A DNA stretch of 64,000 bases from Trueperaceae bacterium. GTDB taxonomy: Bacteria > Deinococcota > Deinococci > Deinococcales > Trueperaceae. The notes under the pieces are model-generated. The model ran no database searches. It saw only the letters and a list, made by a program, of their open reading frames with translations, and was not told the DNA's origin. Below are positions 1 to 9,738 of the stretch, one piece after another. The position numbers were made by a program, and so were the translations under genes. Positions within the stretch are counted from its first letter, which is position 1, and every line of letters begins with the position of its first letter. The stretch covers positions 1,856,001-1,920,000 of the forward strand of contig OZ243927.1 in assembly GCA_965213925.1 (NCBI GenBank). Reading direction: 5' to 3'.

Positions 1-284
1 CGCTGCCTCGGCTCCAGGTCGTTCGGCACGACGACGATAGAGAAGTCCCACTGGTGATAGAGTTTCTCCTCCGCGCCGAGTTCCAGGAGGGGAAGCGGTT
101 TGAGGAGCCCGGCGGCGGGGAAGGCGCGGCGTTCGACGGGCTCGAGCTGCCAATCGAAAGATGGGAACGCTATTTGCAGGTGCTCCAAGAGTCGTTCCGC
201 CGCCTCGCTATAGCGCTCCGCGAGCGTGCTGTCGGTGAGCTTCGAGGCGAGGATCCAGCCGATGGCGATTTTGGGTTTGGTCAT
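1..284 (-). CDS. Hypothetical protein, N-terminal part, runs off the window edge (MTKPKIAIGWILASKL...)
   Basis: Read manually: open frame from ATG at 284 to position 1 with typical codon usage; not in the ORF track because it lacks a stop in the window. Confidence 0.6.
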   Translation of the reverse strand, partial: MTKPKIAIGWILASKLTDSTLAERYSEAAERLLEHLQIAFPSFDWQLEPVERRAFPAAGLLKPLPLLELGAEEKLYHQWDFSIVVVPNDLEPRQ

Positions 285-320
285 ATGTGAAGCTGTTCCC
301 TGTAGTGCTCGGTTAAAATT

Positions 321-788
321 TTAGCCTGCAATCATGAGGTCTTGTCGATCAACTTCAATTCCTATAGGTAAAGCGTCAGAGTCAGGAAAAGACCCCCGAT
401 AATAGAAATTGAAGTCACCAGACCGAACCCGCCTCTGTCTACCGACAGAATCACCGAAATGTTTGGCATCAACTTGTTGTCCGTACACTTTAATTTCCCC
501 GTAGCGCATAATCTTACCTTTCGGCAAAAGGACCGAAGGGGGCTCTAAGCGTGTACCATTATCCGCAATCCATTCACGAGTGAACAGGGTTTTCGCTGTC
601 GCGTCAGACGTTACCCAGGCGAAGCCGTAAAAGATTGATGCTCCTTCCATCTCTATAGGCAAAGTATGTATGTAAATATGGTCAACAATCTTGTGATAAT
701 GACCAAATGAGTTTGTGAACCTAACACTAAGTTCACCCATAGGTATGCCAAAAGGTAGTGATAGTAGGTCGGTTAGCTCGAGGCTCAT
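321..788 (-). CDS. Hypothetical protein, low GC
   Basis: 155-aa ORF, AT-richer than its neighbours, just downstream of tRNA-Ser. Confidence 0.6.
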   Translation of the reverse strand: MSLELTDLLSLPFGIPMGELSVRFTNSFGHYHKIVDHIYIHTLPIEMEGASIFYGFAWVTSDATAKTLFTREWIADNGTRLEPPSVLLPKGKIMRYGEIKVYGQQVDAKHFGDSVGRQRRVRSGDFNFYYRGSFPDSDALPIGIEVDRQDLMIAG

Positions 789-826
789 TATTGTCTGAAA
801 CTACGCTTGAACTCGAATGAAATAGC

Positions 827-896
827 GTAGGTATCATCTTGCGAGCTGTGTTAGCGCCTCATTAACTGAGGACCTCTTTACGTAGATGATACCTAC
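827..896. repeat. Mini inverted-repeat element, family C copy 1
   Basis: Perfect 13-bp terminal IR GTAGGTATCATCT ... AGATGATACCTAC. Confidence 0.7.
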
Positions 897-901
897 TCTC
901 T

Positions 902-993
902 TGGCGGAGAGAGAGGGATTCGAACCCTCGGTGCAGGTTACCCCACACACACGCTTTCCAGGCGTGCTCCTTAAACCGCTCGGACACCTCTCC
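902..993 (-). tRNA. tRNA-Ser (anticodon GGA)
   Basis: GGAGAGG acceptor stem, anticodon loop CTGGAAA, long variable arm, GGTTCGAATCC T-loop, encoded CCA. Confidence 0.97.
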
Positions 994-1000
994 AGGTGTA

Positions 1001-1076
1001 GCAGGTATCATCTGATTAGCGCCAACCTCACGATATGGAATACCGCTTAGCACGCACGTTTGGTGATAATGCCTGC
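1001..1076. repeat. Mini inverted-repeat element, family C copy 2
   Basis: GCAGGTATCATC ... GATAATGCCTGC imperfect terminal IR; shares TAGCACGCAC with the 49.4-kb copy. Confidence 0.6.
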
Positions 1077-1138
1077 GTGATACAAACTCAGTGGCTATAG
1101 TAAGCCGACGTGAGCACTAAAGTCTATCAAGATTGCAT

Positions 1139-1179
1139 GAGGCGGGTCAACCAGGAAAGAGGCGGGTCAACCAGGAAAG
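1139..1179. repeat. Perfect 20-bp tandem duplication
   Basis: GAGGCGGGTCAACCAGGAAA x2. Confidence 0.85.
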
Positions 1180-1181
1180 TT

Positions 1182-1428
1182 GAAAGCAATGAGCAATGAG
1201 TTGAAAGTGAAAGTCAAAAACTTTTTACTCACCGTTTCGCCTCCGCGAAAACTTCGTAAGCGGGAGACTGCGTAACCAGCCCTGTGCCCCGTATGGGGTA
1301 TGACTGGATTACATAACCAGCTCGACTGGATTGCTCGCCGTTCGCCCAGCCCTGTGCGTCGCGTGGACCGCTCCCGCTAGCTGCGTAAGCGGATATGACT
1401 GGGTTGCTCGGAACTCATTGCTGCTTTC
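1182..1428. repeat. Dispersed modular repeat, family A copy 1
   Basis: GCAATGAG...CTCATTGC ends; about 120 bp near-identical (inverted) to 7973-8095. Confidence 0.9.
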
Positions 1429-1486
1429 CACACAACATACCCTCAAGAGGTCGCTTCTTACAATGAAAGCAGTAAAGGAGTTATCT

Positions 1487-2125
1487 ATGTTTAGAGACAG
1501 AGTGGTCAACTTAGAAAGTGTCGAAGCGACTGAAGCGTTTCTCAGTCAGTACCCCACTAGCGTGATCTTCAAGGCGGGAACGTGCCACAAGACGATGCAG
1601 GGTTTCGGTTTTGTGCAGGAGAAGCTGGAGCCTCGAGAAGACCTCATGGTCGGGCTCATCCGCGTGGTCGAGGCGCGTCCGGCGAGCAACCTCATCGCGG
1701 AGAAGACGGGCATCGTCCACCAGTCGCCGCAAGTCATTCTCTTCAAGGAGGGCGAAGCGGTTTTCGACGTGGACAACTGGAACATCACGCCTGACGTGTT
1801 GGATACAGGCTTTCAGCGGGTGCCACCCAGTGGTGAAGTTATGAGCAGCGGGGCGAAGACCTCGAGCGACTTAGGACCCTACAAGCAGCTTTTGGAGCAG
1901 TACTTAGCGGGCGTCATCGACTACCGCCAGTTCGAATACGCCTACACGACGATGTTTCGCGATGACGCGAGCTTGCGCTCCCGCGAAGAGGTCGAGGTTC
2001 TGGGCTCTATCTTCGGCGATGTAGACCGCCACGTCGAGATGCACATGATGATGGGCGGACGCTCGAACAGCGACGCGGTGCGGCAGCGGGCGGAGGCGGC
2101 GTATCAGAAGCTGCAAAGTCTGTAG
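1487..2125 (+). CDS. Monothiol bacilliredoxin BrxC (YtxJ) family protein with C-terminal helical extension
   Basis: IFKAGTCH and IVHQSPQVILFKEG motifs; AAGGAG SD before ATG 1487. Confidence 0.8.
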   Translation: MFRDRVVNLESVEATEAFLSQYPTSVIFKAGTCHKTMQGFGFVQEKLEPREDLMVGLIRVVEARPASNLIAEKTGIVHQSPQVILFKEGEAVFDVDNWNITPDVLDTGFQRVPPSGEVMSSGAKTSSDLGPYKQLLEQYLAGVIDYRQFEYAYTTMFRDDASLRSREEVEVLGSIFGDVDRHVEMHMMMGGRSNSDAVRQRAEAAYQKLQSL

Positions 2126-2140
2126 TTCTTCGTTGGACAA

Positions 2141-2648
2141 GTGAGCGCGTCACCGGAACTTTTGGAATTCATTCAAGCTAAGTGGCAGGAATGGTCTTGC
2201 CCCTTAGTTAATGGAATAGTGTTCGATGATGGTCAGGTAGCGATACTTGACCATCGGATTTTTTCAAAAGAGGGTGAATTCCAGTTAGGGCAGGTTCCGA
2301 TTATCCGTGAAACGGATATTAGGTGAATTTACCTTGGCAGACGATGACGATTTCGTATGGTGCGACCCTCATGTCTCTATACGGATAGGTGAATCTCTAT
2401 CTGTTTATGCAGGAGAGTCAGCCAACCACGGTAGCTACGGTTTTGTGGCTCTCTGCAGAAACCCCTCTAGGTACTTCAAATGGATTTTCTTTTCCAAAGA
2501 TTTGAATCCGTTTATTGAGTTGGCGGTAAGTGAGAACGAAGAGGTCGTGGCTACGAACAACAACGGGGTTGTGCTGAGAATTCCTTTAAGTAATCCTCGA
2601 GCTTCGAATATAGAGAGCAATGGTCGGCATGGCTTGAGAAGATTTTAG
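2141..2648 (+). pseudogene. Low-GC hypothetical (immunity-like) gene split by a 1-bp frameshift near 2320
   Basis: ORFs 2141-2326 and 2307-2648 join (...RETDI/GEFTL...) if one base is removed. Confidence 0.5.
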
Positions 2649-2666
2649 CCGCATTTTTGTTCCTTC

Positions 2667-3572
2667 TTAACTCGGCAAGAAATAAAGCACGACCATAATC
2701 GCTGCGAGCGACCCTACCGTCGTCGCCACCACCGTCCGCGCCACCCCTTCGTAATCGCCTTTCACCTCAACCGCCACCACGAACATCGTCACGGCGGCGG
2801 GCATGGCGGCGGAGAGTGTGAGAACGTTCAAATCCAGACCGCGCAAGCCGATGAGCCAGCCCACGGCGTAAGCGATAAAGGGACCAACCACGAGCCGCAG
2901 CCCTGACGCCCGCAGCGCCGACGCCCCCACACCCCACACCCACGAGCGGCGCATCTGCAGCCCGAGCGAGAGGAGCATCACGGGGATGGCGGCGTCGCCT
3001 AAGAGCGACATCCCTCTCGCCGCGCTCGTCGGCAGCTCCCACGCGAAGAGGGTGAAAGCGAGACCCGCTAAGGTCGCCCAAATTGGCGGCAATTTAAGTG
3101 CGTCCACGAGTTTCGTGCGCAAGTCCTCGCCGCCCCCCGCCAACACGGTCGGTCCAACGACGAACATCAGCACGAGCGAGAGCATGAAGATGACCACAGC
3201 GCGCTCGAGCCCCGCCTCCCCGTACGCGAAGAGCGTGATGGGCAGCCCCATGTTTCCTGTATTGCCGAAGAGACTCGTCACGATGACCCCTCTCGTTTGC
3301 GCTCCAGAGAGCCCAACCGAGCCGAGCGCAGAGATGACGCCTAACGCGGCGAGGTAGAGCAAGTAGCCGAGCGAGAGCAGCGACGCCGAGGAGAGCGTCA
3401 AAGAGGTATTCGCGACTGCGTTAAAGACGAGCGCCGGAATCATGAAGTAGACCGTCAGGCGTGTCAGGGTCGGCAAGTCTAATTCCGGAAAGAGACGGTC
3501 GGCGTACGCACCCAGTGCGATGAGGAAAAAGGCGGGCAAGGTGGCGTTGAGAGCAGTTTGGATGGCGTCCAC
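2667..3572 (-). CDS. AEC family (auxin efflux carrier/malate permease-like) transporter
   Basis: About 10 hydrophobic segments, GNTGNMGLPI and AAMPAAV motifs. Confidence 0.9.
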   Translation of the reverse strand: MDAIQTALNATLPAFFLIALGAYADRLFPELDLPTLTRLTVYFMIPALVFNAVANTSLTLSSASLLSLGYLLYLAALGVISALGSVGLSGAQTRGVIVTSLFGNTGNMGLPITLFAYGEAGLERAVVIFMLSLVLMFVVGPTVLAGGGEDLRTKLVDALKLPPIWATLAGLAFTLFAWELPTSAARGMSLLGDAAIPVMLLSLGLQMRRSWVWGVGASALRASGLRLVVGPFIAYAVGWLIGLRGLDLNVLTLSAAMPAAVTMFVVAVEVKGDYEGVARTVVATTVGSLAAIMVVLYFLPS

Positions 3573-3779
3573 ACGCCCAGTCTACAGCGCATAGGGACGC
3601 CGAAAGTGTAGAGGCGCCGTGCGCTAGATAAGTCGCCCCACGTCAGCGCCGTGTCCAAAGGCAGAGACGACACCTAAGTGGCTCGAGTGCGAAGTGCCGC
3701 GCTAGTAGCCGTTAGGTGCCTAAACGAAATTGTAACCCCCACGCCTTTGAAAAGAACATCTCAACGTAGCATGGTAAGG

Positions 3780-5897
3780 ATGATTTTACGACCCGGACAC
3801 CCTTACCCCTTGGGCGCAACCTGGAACGGCTTGGGCGTCAACTTCGCGCTCAGCAGCCAGCACGCCGAGCGCGTCGAGCTGCTTCTGTTTGACCACCCGA
3901 ACGATACGGAAGAGGCTAGGTGTGTCACCTTACCCGAACGCACCGGACCCGTCTGGCACGGCTTCTTGCCTGGTATAAGACCTGGTCAGCTCTACGGCTA
4001 CCGCGTCCACGGTCCTTACGACCCCGAAAACGGACACCGTTTTAACCCGAATAAAGTCCTCCTCGACCCCTACGCCAAAGCCCTCGGACGCTCCCTAACC
4101 TGGGACGACGCGCTCTTCGGCTACGAAGTCGGTAGCGAAGAAGAAGACCTCGCGGTGAGCGGTGCGGACAGCGCCCCTTATGCGCCCCTCGGTATGGTCG
4201 TCGAAGACGCTTTCGCCTGGGGCGACCACCGCCGCCCAAACGTGCCTTGGGAAGAGACCATCTTCTATGAAACGCACGTCAAGGGCATCAGCAAGCTGCA
4301 CCCGGACGTGCCCGAGCACTTTCGCGGTACCTATTTGGGTCTCGCCTCAGAACCGATCATCGAGCACCTCACCTCGCTAGGTGTCACCTCCGTCGAACTG
4401 CTCCCCTGCCAAACCTTTACCAATGACCGCTACTTGGTCGAGCAAGGGCTCTCGAACTACTGGGGTTACAACCCGCTCAACTATTTTGCCCCTGAACCCT
4501 CCTACGCTTACGACCCTAAGATGGCGGTGCGCGAATTCAAGATGATGGTGCGCGCTCTCCACGATGCGGGCTTAGAGGTCATCATGGATGTGGTCTATAA
4601 CCACACGGGCGAGGGTAACCACATGGGACCGACCCTCTCTTATAAAGGCATCGACAACCACAGCTACTACAAGATGAACCCTGACAACGCGCGCTTCTAC
4701 ATGGACTATACAGGCACAGGCAACACGCTCGACGCGGGGCACCCTCAAGTGGTGCGCCTCATCACCGACTCGCTGCGCTACTGGACCCAAGAGATGCACG
4801 TGGACGGCTTCCGCTTCGACCTCGCCACGACGCTCGCAAGGGAACGGCACGATGTGGATATGCGTGCGATTTGTATGCAAGCCTTCGAGCAAGACCCTGT
4901 TTTGTCCAAAGTCAAGCTCGTCGCGGAGCCTTGGGATATCGGGCCGTACGGCTATCAGGTTGGCGGCTACCCCTGGTACTGGGCGGAGTGGAACGGGCGC
5001 TACCGCGACACCGTGCGGGGCTATTGGCACGGCGGCGGCGACGCGGGCTCGACCCCCGAACTCGCCACGCGCACCACGGGCAGCAGCGACCTCTACGCGC
5101 ACAACGGGCGCAGACCCTACCACTCGGTGAATTTCATCACTGCCCACGACGGCTTCACGCTTCAAGACCTGGTGAGCTACAACCAGAAGCACAACGAAGC
5201 GAACGGTGAGGACAACCGCGACGGCGAAGACCACAACCTGAGCTATAACGGCGGCGAAGAGGGTCCCTCCGAAAACGAGAACGTGCTGCGCGACCGCGAG
5301 ACGCGCAAGCGCACCTTTTTGGCGACGCTCTTTCTCTCGCAAGGCACGCCGATGATGCTGGGCGGTGACGAACTCTCCCGCACCAAGGGTGGGAACAACA
5401 ACACCTACTGCCAAGACAACGAACTCAACTGGTACGACTGGAACCTAGACGAGCGCGAAGAGAACTTCCTCTCGTTTGTAAAAGACCTCATCGCCTTTCG
5501 CAAGGCGCACCCCGTCTTTCACCGCCGCAACTTCCTGACCGGGCGCGAAGAGAACGGCTGCCGCGACGTGTCGTGGTGGCATTCGGACGGGCGCGAGATG
5601 GCGGATAATGACTGGAACGACCCTAAGCTCAAGGGACTCGGGATGCTCTTATGCGGGGAAGCCTCGAGCGAACTCATGCGCGGCGGCACGCACGAAAACG
5701 AAACCTTTTTAATGCTCTTCCACGGCAAGCAGGCGAGCCGCTTCGTGCTGCCCGAGCCGCCCAACGCCGCCTGGCGCTGGGAAGAGGTCTGGGCGACTGA
5801 GGCGCGGCGCAGGCGGACGCGCTTTTTAGCGGCGGGCTCACGTATCGTATTGCCGCCCCGTCAGCTCTCGGTGCTGAAGGCGGTGCCGCCACGCTGA
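3780..5897 (+). CDS. glgX: Glycogen debranching enzyme (isoamylase, GH13)
   Basis: [35 protein letters not shown] and HDGFTL motifs; start placed at 3780 after a TAGCAT -10. Confidence 0.97.
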   Translation: MILRPGHPYPLGATWNGLGVNFALSSQHAERVELLLFDHPNDTEEARCVTLPERTGPVWHGFLPGIRPGQLYGYRVHGPYDPENGHRFNPNKVLLDPYAKALGRSLTWDDALFGYEVGSEEEDLAVSGADSAPYAPLGMVVEDAFAWGDHRRPNVPWEETIFYETHVKGISKLHPDVPEHFRGTYLGLASEPIIEHLTSLGVTSVELLPCQTFTNDRYLVEQGLSNYWGYNPLNYFAPEPSYAYDPKMAVREFKMMVRALHDAGLEVIMDVVYNHTGEGNHMGPTLSYKGIDNHSYYKMNPDNARFYMDYTGTGNTLDAGHPQVVRLITDSLRYWTQEMHVDGFRFDLATTLARERHDVDMRAICMQAFEQDPVLSKVKLVAEPWDIGPYGYQVGGYPWYWAEWNGRYRDTVRGYWHGGGDAGSTPELATRTTGSSDLYAHNGRRPYHSVNFITAHDGFTLQDLVSYNQKHNEANGEDNRDGEDHNLSYNGGEEGPSENENVLRDRETRKRTFLATLFLSQGTPMMLGGDELSRTKGGNNNTYCQDNELNWYDWNLDEREENFLSFVKDLIAFRKAHPVFHRRNFLTGREENGCRDVSWWHSDGREMADNDWNDPKLKGLGMLLCGEASSELMRGGTHENETFLMLFHGKQASRFVLPEPPNAAWRWEEVWATEARRRRTRFLAAGSRIVLPPRQLSVLKAVPPR

Positions 5898-5926
5898 GCA
5901 CTTAGAGTATAAAGAATTGTATGTGA

Positions 5927-5962
5927 CGATACGCGGTTTGAGAGAGGTTCAAGCCGCGTATC
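5927..5962. terminator. Stem-loop downstream of glgX
   Basis: GATACGCGGTTTGA/TCAAGCCGCGTATC inverted repeat. Confidence 0.6.
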
Positions 5963-6028
5963 ATTGTATCTGTAGAAAACTGTTGAACATCTAAAAACTA
6001 TGAGTCAAGTTCACTGGAGATTTTATCT

Positions 6029-6481
6029 GTGACAGCGCGTTTGTTTTTATTTCTGACCTTGCTAGGTTCTGTCGGCGTTTCGCTAGCTCAGAGTGGCGGC
6101 GTGGATGAAGATAAATATACGTTGACCCCTACGTTTATCGGTTACGACTTGTACATGCCGACTAACTTGCGAGAAGCCGTTGATGAATTATCGAAAATGC
6201 TCCAGCCTGCTTTAGCTACCGAGATACGCAAAAGTAGCAGTGGTGGATTGATTATCTACCACTTCAGTCTCGGACGGTGGATGCGCAACAACTGGGGTTT
6301 ATGGGGAAACTCTGAGTTGGCCCAGTATTTCCAGAGGCGTAGCATTTGTCACCCTGACGCTATGTCCAGCGTTATCCTTACGGCTTACTGGCAAACGGTC
6401 AATGACTTGGATATAACATTTGATGAACATGTTCCAAGCCAAAGTGCCTGTTTCAATTCAGAGGACAGCGGGATTGATTAA
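6029..6481 (+). CDS. Secreted hypothetical protein (DUF6794-like)
   Basis: Signal peptide; HFSLGRWMRNNWGLW and HPDAMS motifs; lower GC. Confidence 0.65.
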   Translation: MTARLFLFLTLLGSVGVSLAQSGGVDEDKYTLTPTFIGYDLYMPTNLREAVDELSKMLQPALATEIRKSSSGGLIIYHFSLGRWMRNNWGLWGNSELAQYFQRRSICHPDAMSSVILTAYWQTVNDLDITFDEHVPSQSACFNSEDSGID

Positions 6482-6510
6482 CCAGCGAATAGCCCAAAAA
6501 TTTGTCCTAT

Positions 6511-7302
6511 TCAACTCCTATTATTCTTTCTTAGGCTGGTAAGAGCGTGTTCAAACACCCCTCGAAACCTCACCTTCGCCTCCTCCAACTCTCTCACCTC
6601 ACCTCTCGGCGGCACTGGCTTATCCAATTCGTCGCGTTGCAAATACGTCGTATAACGCTCCACCATTAGCACTTCAGTCTGCGGCATCTGAGCGTAATGC
6701 TTGACGACATGCCCGCCCGTAAAGACCTTATTGCGAACCACCCCAAACCCACACGTCAAAAAGCTTTCTTCTAAAAGTGGCATAAGCGTCTGAGCGTCCG
6801 CGCGTCCGTTATCGTTACCTAAACAAACGTCATCGGCAATCGGTCCCATAAAGCTGTGCAAATCGAGCAAGTAGACCTTGCCAAAGGTGCGCCTTATTTG
6901 TTCCAAGAGGTCAGCCAACGTTTTATGATAGGGGAGATAGAAGGTCTCGATGCGGCTCTGAACCTCTTGTCTCGTAAGAGGTTGTATGTAAAGAGGGTCG
7001 CCCCGAGTCGAACTCTCGTAAACAACCGAAGTCTTGTAAGACCCGTAAAGAGGTTCGCGCGAGGAGCGGTTCACGTCGGCGACGTAGCGGCTAAAGTTCG
7101 CTTTCAAGACAGTGACGCCGAGCGCGGGTAAGAAGTCGTAGAGTTTGTCCAAATGCCAATCTACATTAGGTTGAGCTTCACGGTATTGGGTAACGAAACG
7201 GCTGCTGACCTCTTCGGGCACAAACGCGCTGCTGTGCGGGATGCTGGCGATGATAGGAAGAGGTGAAGAGGTAGGACTTAGCACCGTAACAACCTCTTTC
7301 AC
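6511..7302 (-). CDS. N-formylglutamate amidohydrolase family protein
   Basis: SIPHS, SRYVADVNR, YLPYH and LLDLHSF motifs. Confidence 0.88.
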   Translation of the reverse strand: MKEVVTVLSPTSSPLPIIASIPHSSAFVPEEVSSRFVTQYREAQPNVDWHLDKLYDFLPALGVTVLKANFSRYVADVNRSSREPLYGSYKTSVVYESSTRGDPLYIQPLTRQEVQSRIETFYLPYHKTLADLLEQIRRTFGKVYLLDLHSFMGPIADDVCLGNDNGRADAQTLMPLLEESFLTCGFGVVRNKVFTGGHVVKHYAQMPQTEVLMVERYTTYLQRDELDKPVPPRGEVRELEEAKVRFRGVFEHALTSLRKNNRS

Positions 7303-7883
7303 AAAAGAATCAACCCCAACTGCGCCGCCCGCACCACCGCTTCCGTCCGACTCTTCGCGCCCAACTTGCTTAAAATTGCGCTCGTGTGAAACTTAGCGGT
7401 GGATTCGCTGATCTCGAGCGTTTTAGAGACCATCTTATTTGACGCGCCCTGCGCGAGCAGTTGCAAGACCTCTTGCTCTCTGGCGGTGAGAGGCTCAACC
7501 TCCACGTCCGGGACGACCTCTTGTAGTGAAGCGGTGAAAGCGGGCTCGAGCACCACCAACCCCTGCAAAGCTGCCTGAAGCGCGGCGACGATTTTGTCGG
7601 TTTCGGCGTCGCGGTAAAGAACGCCCGTTACACCTACATTCAGCGCGTCCGTCACATTCGCCTCAACCTCTTGGATGAGGGCAACAATAGGCACGCTGAG
7701 TGAATCAACCTCTTCATCTGCGTCAAAGTCCCATAAAATCACGTCAGGTTCGAAAAGGTCTGCTTCCGCTAGGGTCGCGGCTTGTCCGACAATGTTGAGG
7801 TCGGGCTCGAGCACCGCTGCTAGCCCCATGCGCACGAGGGGGTCGTGGGCGACGATGACGAGATTGAGGGTGGACGGTTCCAT
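7299..7883 (-). CDS. NarL/LuxR-family response regulator
   Basis: N-terminal receiver-like domain; C-terminal LTAREQEVL...GASNK HTH. Confidence 0.9.
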   Translation of the reverse strand: MEPSTLNLVIVAHDPLVRMGLAAVLEPDLNIVGQAATLAEADLFEPDVILWDFDADEEVDSLSVPIVALIQEVEANVTDALNVGVTGVLYRDAETDKIVAALQAALQGLVVLEPAFTASLQEVVPDVEVEPLTAREQEVLQLLAQGASNKMVSKTLEISESTAKFHTSAILSKLGAKSRTEAVVRAAQLGLILL

Positions 7884-7944
7884 CTACAGGACCTAAGCAT
7901 GACCTCTAAAGAAACCTCTTGCCGTAAGCTTGCTTGCGCAAGGA

Positions 7945-8132
7945 AGCAATGAGTTCTGAGCAATCCAGTCGAGCTGGACGAACGGTGAGCAATCCAGTCG
8001 AGCTGGTTATGTAATCCAGTCATACCCCATACGGGGCACAGGGCTGGTTACGCAGTCTCCCGCTTACGAAGTTTTCGCGAATGCGAAACGGTGAGTGAAA
8101 ATCTTTAGACTCATCGCTCGCTCCTCATTGCT
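7945..8132. repeat. Dispersed modular repeat, family A copy 2
   Basis: Reverse complement of the 1226-1350 core; AGCAATGAG...CTCATTGCT ends. Confidence 0.9.
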
Positions 8133-8239
8133 ACCTATCTGCGCCGCAATCTTTCCCAATTGTGACACCGGTACACCCTCACCCCCACAAATGCATATTT
8201 CCACGTCGCATCGCCTCCCGTACCCTTATAGTCAAGCTT

Positions 8240-8737
8240 ATGTTAGAACCGTCCCTCGAACTCTACGGCGAGACCTTTGACAAGGTGGACGCGCTCTTGG
8301 AAGACCTGCTGACCAAGACGCACGCGCGTTACGCGCTTGTCATCGACCTCAAAGGCTTCGTCCTCATGCATAACCGCGCGCTGTGGGCTCCTAAGCCCCC
8401 CTCACTCGATTCGCTCGCCACGCTCGTCGCCTCGAACTACTCCGCGAACGCCGCCATTGCTCAACTTTTGGGCGAGCCGGGCTTTCGCGAGATGGTGCAG
8501 CAGGGCAGCGAAGTCGGCACCTATATCGAGGAACTCGGTGAGAAGGCGCTGCTCATCACCGTTTTCGACTCCTCCTCCGCTCTCGGTAAGGTCAAACTGT
8601 TCACTAAAAAAACGGTTGAGGCGATCCGTGAGGCGCTCGCCGATTCCACTGACGCGCCCCCTGAACTCACCTTTGACGACGCCTGGAAGGGCTCCGCCGA
8701 CTCACTCTTAGATGGAATATTTGGGAAAGACGCATGA
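8240..8737 (+). CDS. mglB: Roadblock/LC7 protein MglB (GTPase-activating protein for MglA)
   Basis: [22 protein letters not shown] roadblock signature; overlaps the mglA start; leaderless start after TATAGT. Confidence 0.9.
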   Translation: MLEPSLELYGETFDKVDALLEDLLTKTHARYALVIDLKGFVLMHNRALWAPKPPSLDSLATLVASNYSANAAIAQLLGEPGFREMVQQGSEVGTYIEELGEKALLITVFDSSSALGKVKLFTKKTVEAIREALADSTDAPPELTFDDAWKGSADSLLDGIFGKDA

Positions 8738-9324
8738 GCACCATTAACTTTGCCGCCCGCGAAATCAACTTCAAGATCGTCTACTACGGCTGTGGTATGT
8801 CGGGCAAAACGACGAACATCAAGAAAATCTACGAGCAAGTCCCGGCGGAGAGCAAGGGCGAGATGGTCAGCCTAGCGACTGAAGACGAGCGCACCTTGTT
8901 CTTCGACTTCTTACCGCTGGACTTAGGCAGCGTCAACGGCTTCAAGACGCGCTTTCACCTCTACACAGTGCCCGGACAGGTTTTCTACAACTCCTCGCGC
9001 AAGCTCATCTTGCGCGGCGTGGACGGCATCGTCTTCGTCGCGGACTCCGCGCCGGACCGCCTCCGCGCGAACGCCGAATCTTTGCGCAATCTGCGCGAGA
9101 ACCTCACGGAGTATAACCTCTCGCTGGGCGAAATCCCGTATGTGATTCAGATCAACAAGCGCGACCTGCCGAACGCGGTGCCCGCCGAGATGATCAAGCA
9201 GATTCTCGACCCCTCGGGTCAAGTCAAGTTTTATGAGGCGGCTGCTGCGAAGTTCGAGGGCGTATTCGAGCCCCTGCGCGGCGTGTCGAAGCTCGTGTTG
9301 GAGAAGCTCGCACAGACGAAGTAA
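8734..9324 (+). CDS. mglA: Small Ras-like GTPase MglA
   Basis: KIVYYGxGx[23 protein letters not shown] and NKRD motifs. Confidence 0.97.
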   Translation: MSTINFAAREINFKIVYYGCGMSGKTTNIKKIYEQVPAESKGEMVSLATEDERTLFFDFLPLDLGSVNGFKTRFHLYTVPGQVFYNSSRKLILRGVDGIVFVADSAPDRLRANAESLRNLRENLTEYNLSLGEIPYVIQINKRDLPNAVPAEMIKQILDPSGQVKFYEAAAAKFEGVFEPLRGVSKLVLEKLAQTK

Positions 9325-9393
9325 GTCAGTCGAGGTTCCGTTTAGCCCTCTTCTATCATTAGGAGAGGGTTTCTCCTTTGTCTCGAGAGGTCA

Positions 9394-9560
9394 AGTACAC
9401 GGTAAACTAAGTTTTGCGACATATTACTTGTCACCCTGAGCCCTTGGGCGTGAGGGTCTCGCCTTTCAATCTCAGCAAGAGGAGTCAGCAAGGTCAGAGA
9501 TTCTTTCACTCCGCTTCGCTACGTTCAGAATGACGTGCTTCATTTAGTTTATGGCGTATT
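9394..9560 (+). repeat. REP/MITE-like element, family B copy 1
   Basis: Outer IR AGTACACGGTAAACTAA; inner TGTCACCCTGAG...GGGTCTCG...GAGATTCTT...CAGAATGAC. Confidence 0.85.
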
Positions 9561-9738
9561 AAGAGACGGTGAGGCTAAATAAGGTCTGACCTCTTTCCTT
9601 GATTGTTTAGTCTCAAGCACCTCTCTATGTCAAAACCAAGCGTATTTTGATTCTTCATCCATATAACGTGTGAATTAAGCGGCGCTTTCTCAGCCGAGAG
9701 CGTTGGTGACTAGATGCTACCTGCTGTATACTTCACGC

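Noticed and set aside
788..993. Integrative element at tRNA-Ser
   Set aside because: No integrase or duplicated tRNA 3' end is visible in the window, although the region beyond position 1 cannot be seen
1331..1486. N-terminal extension of the BrxC ORF and ORFs 1309-1509 and 7820-8023
   Set aside because: These frames run through the family A repeat; an SD supports the start at 1487
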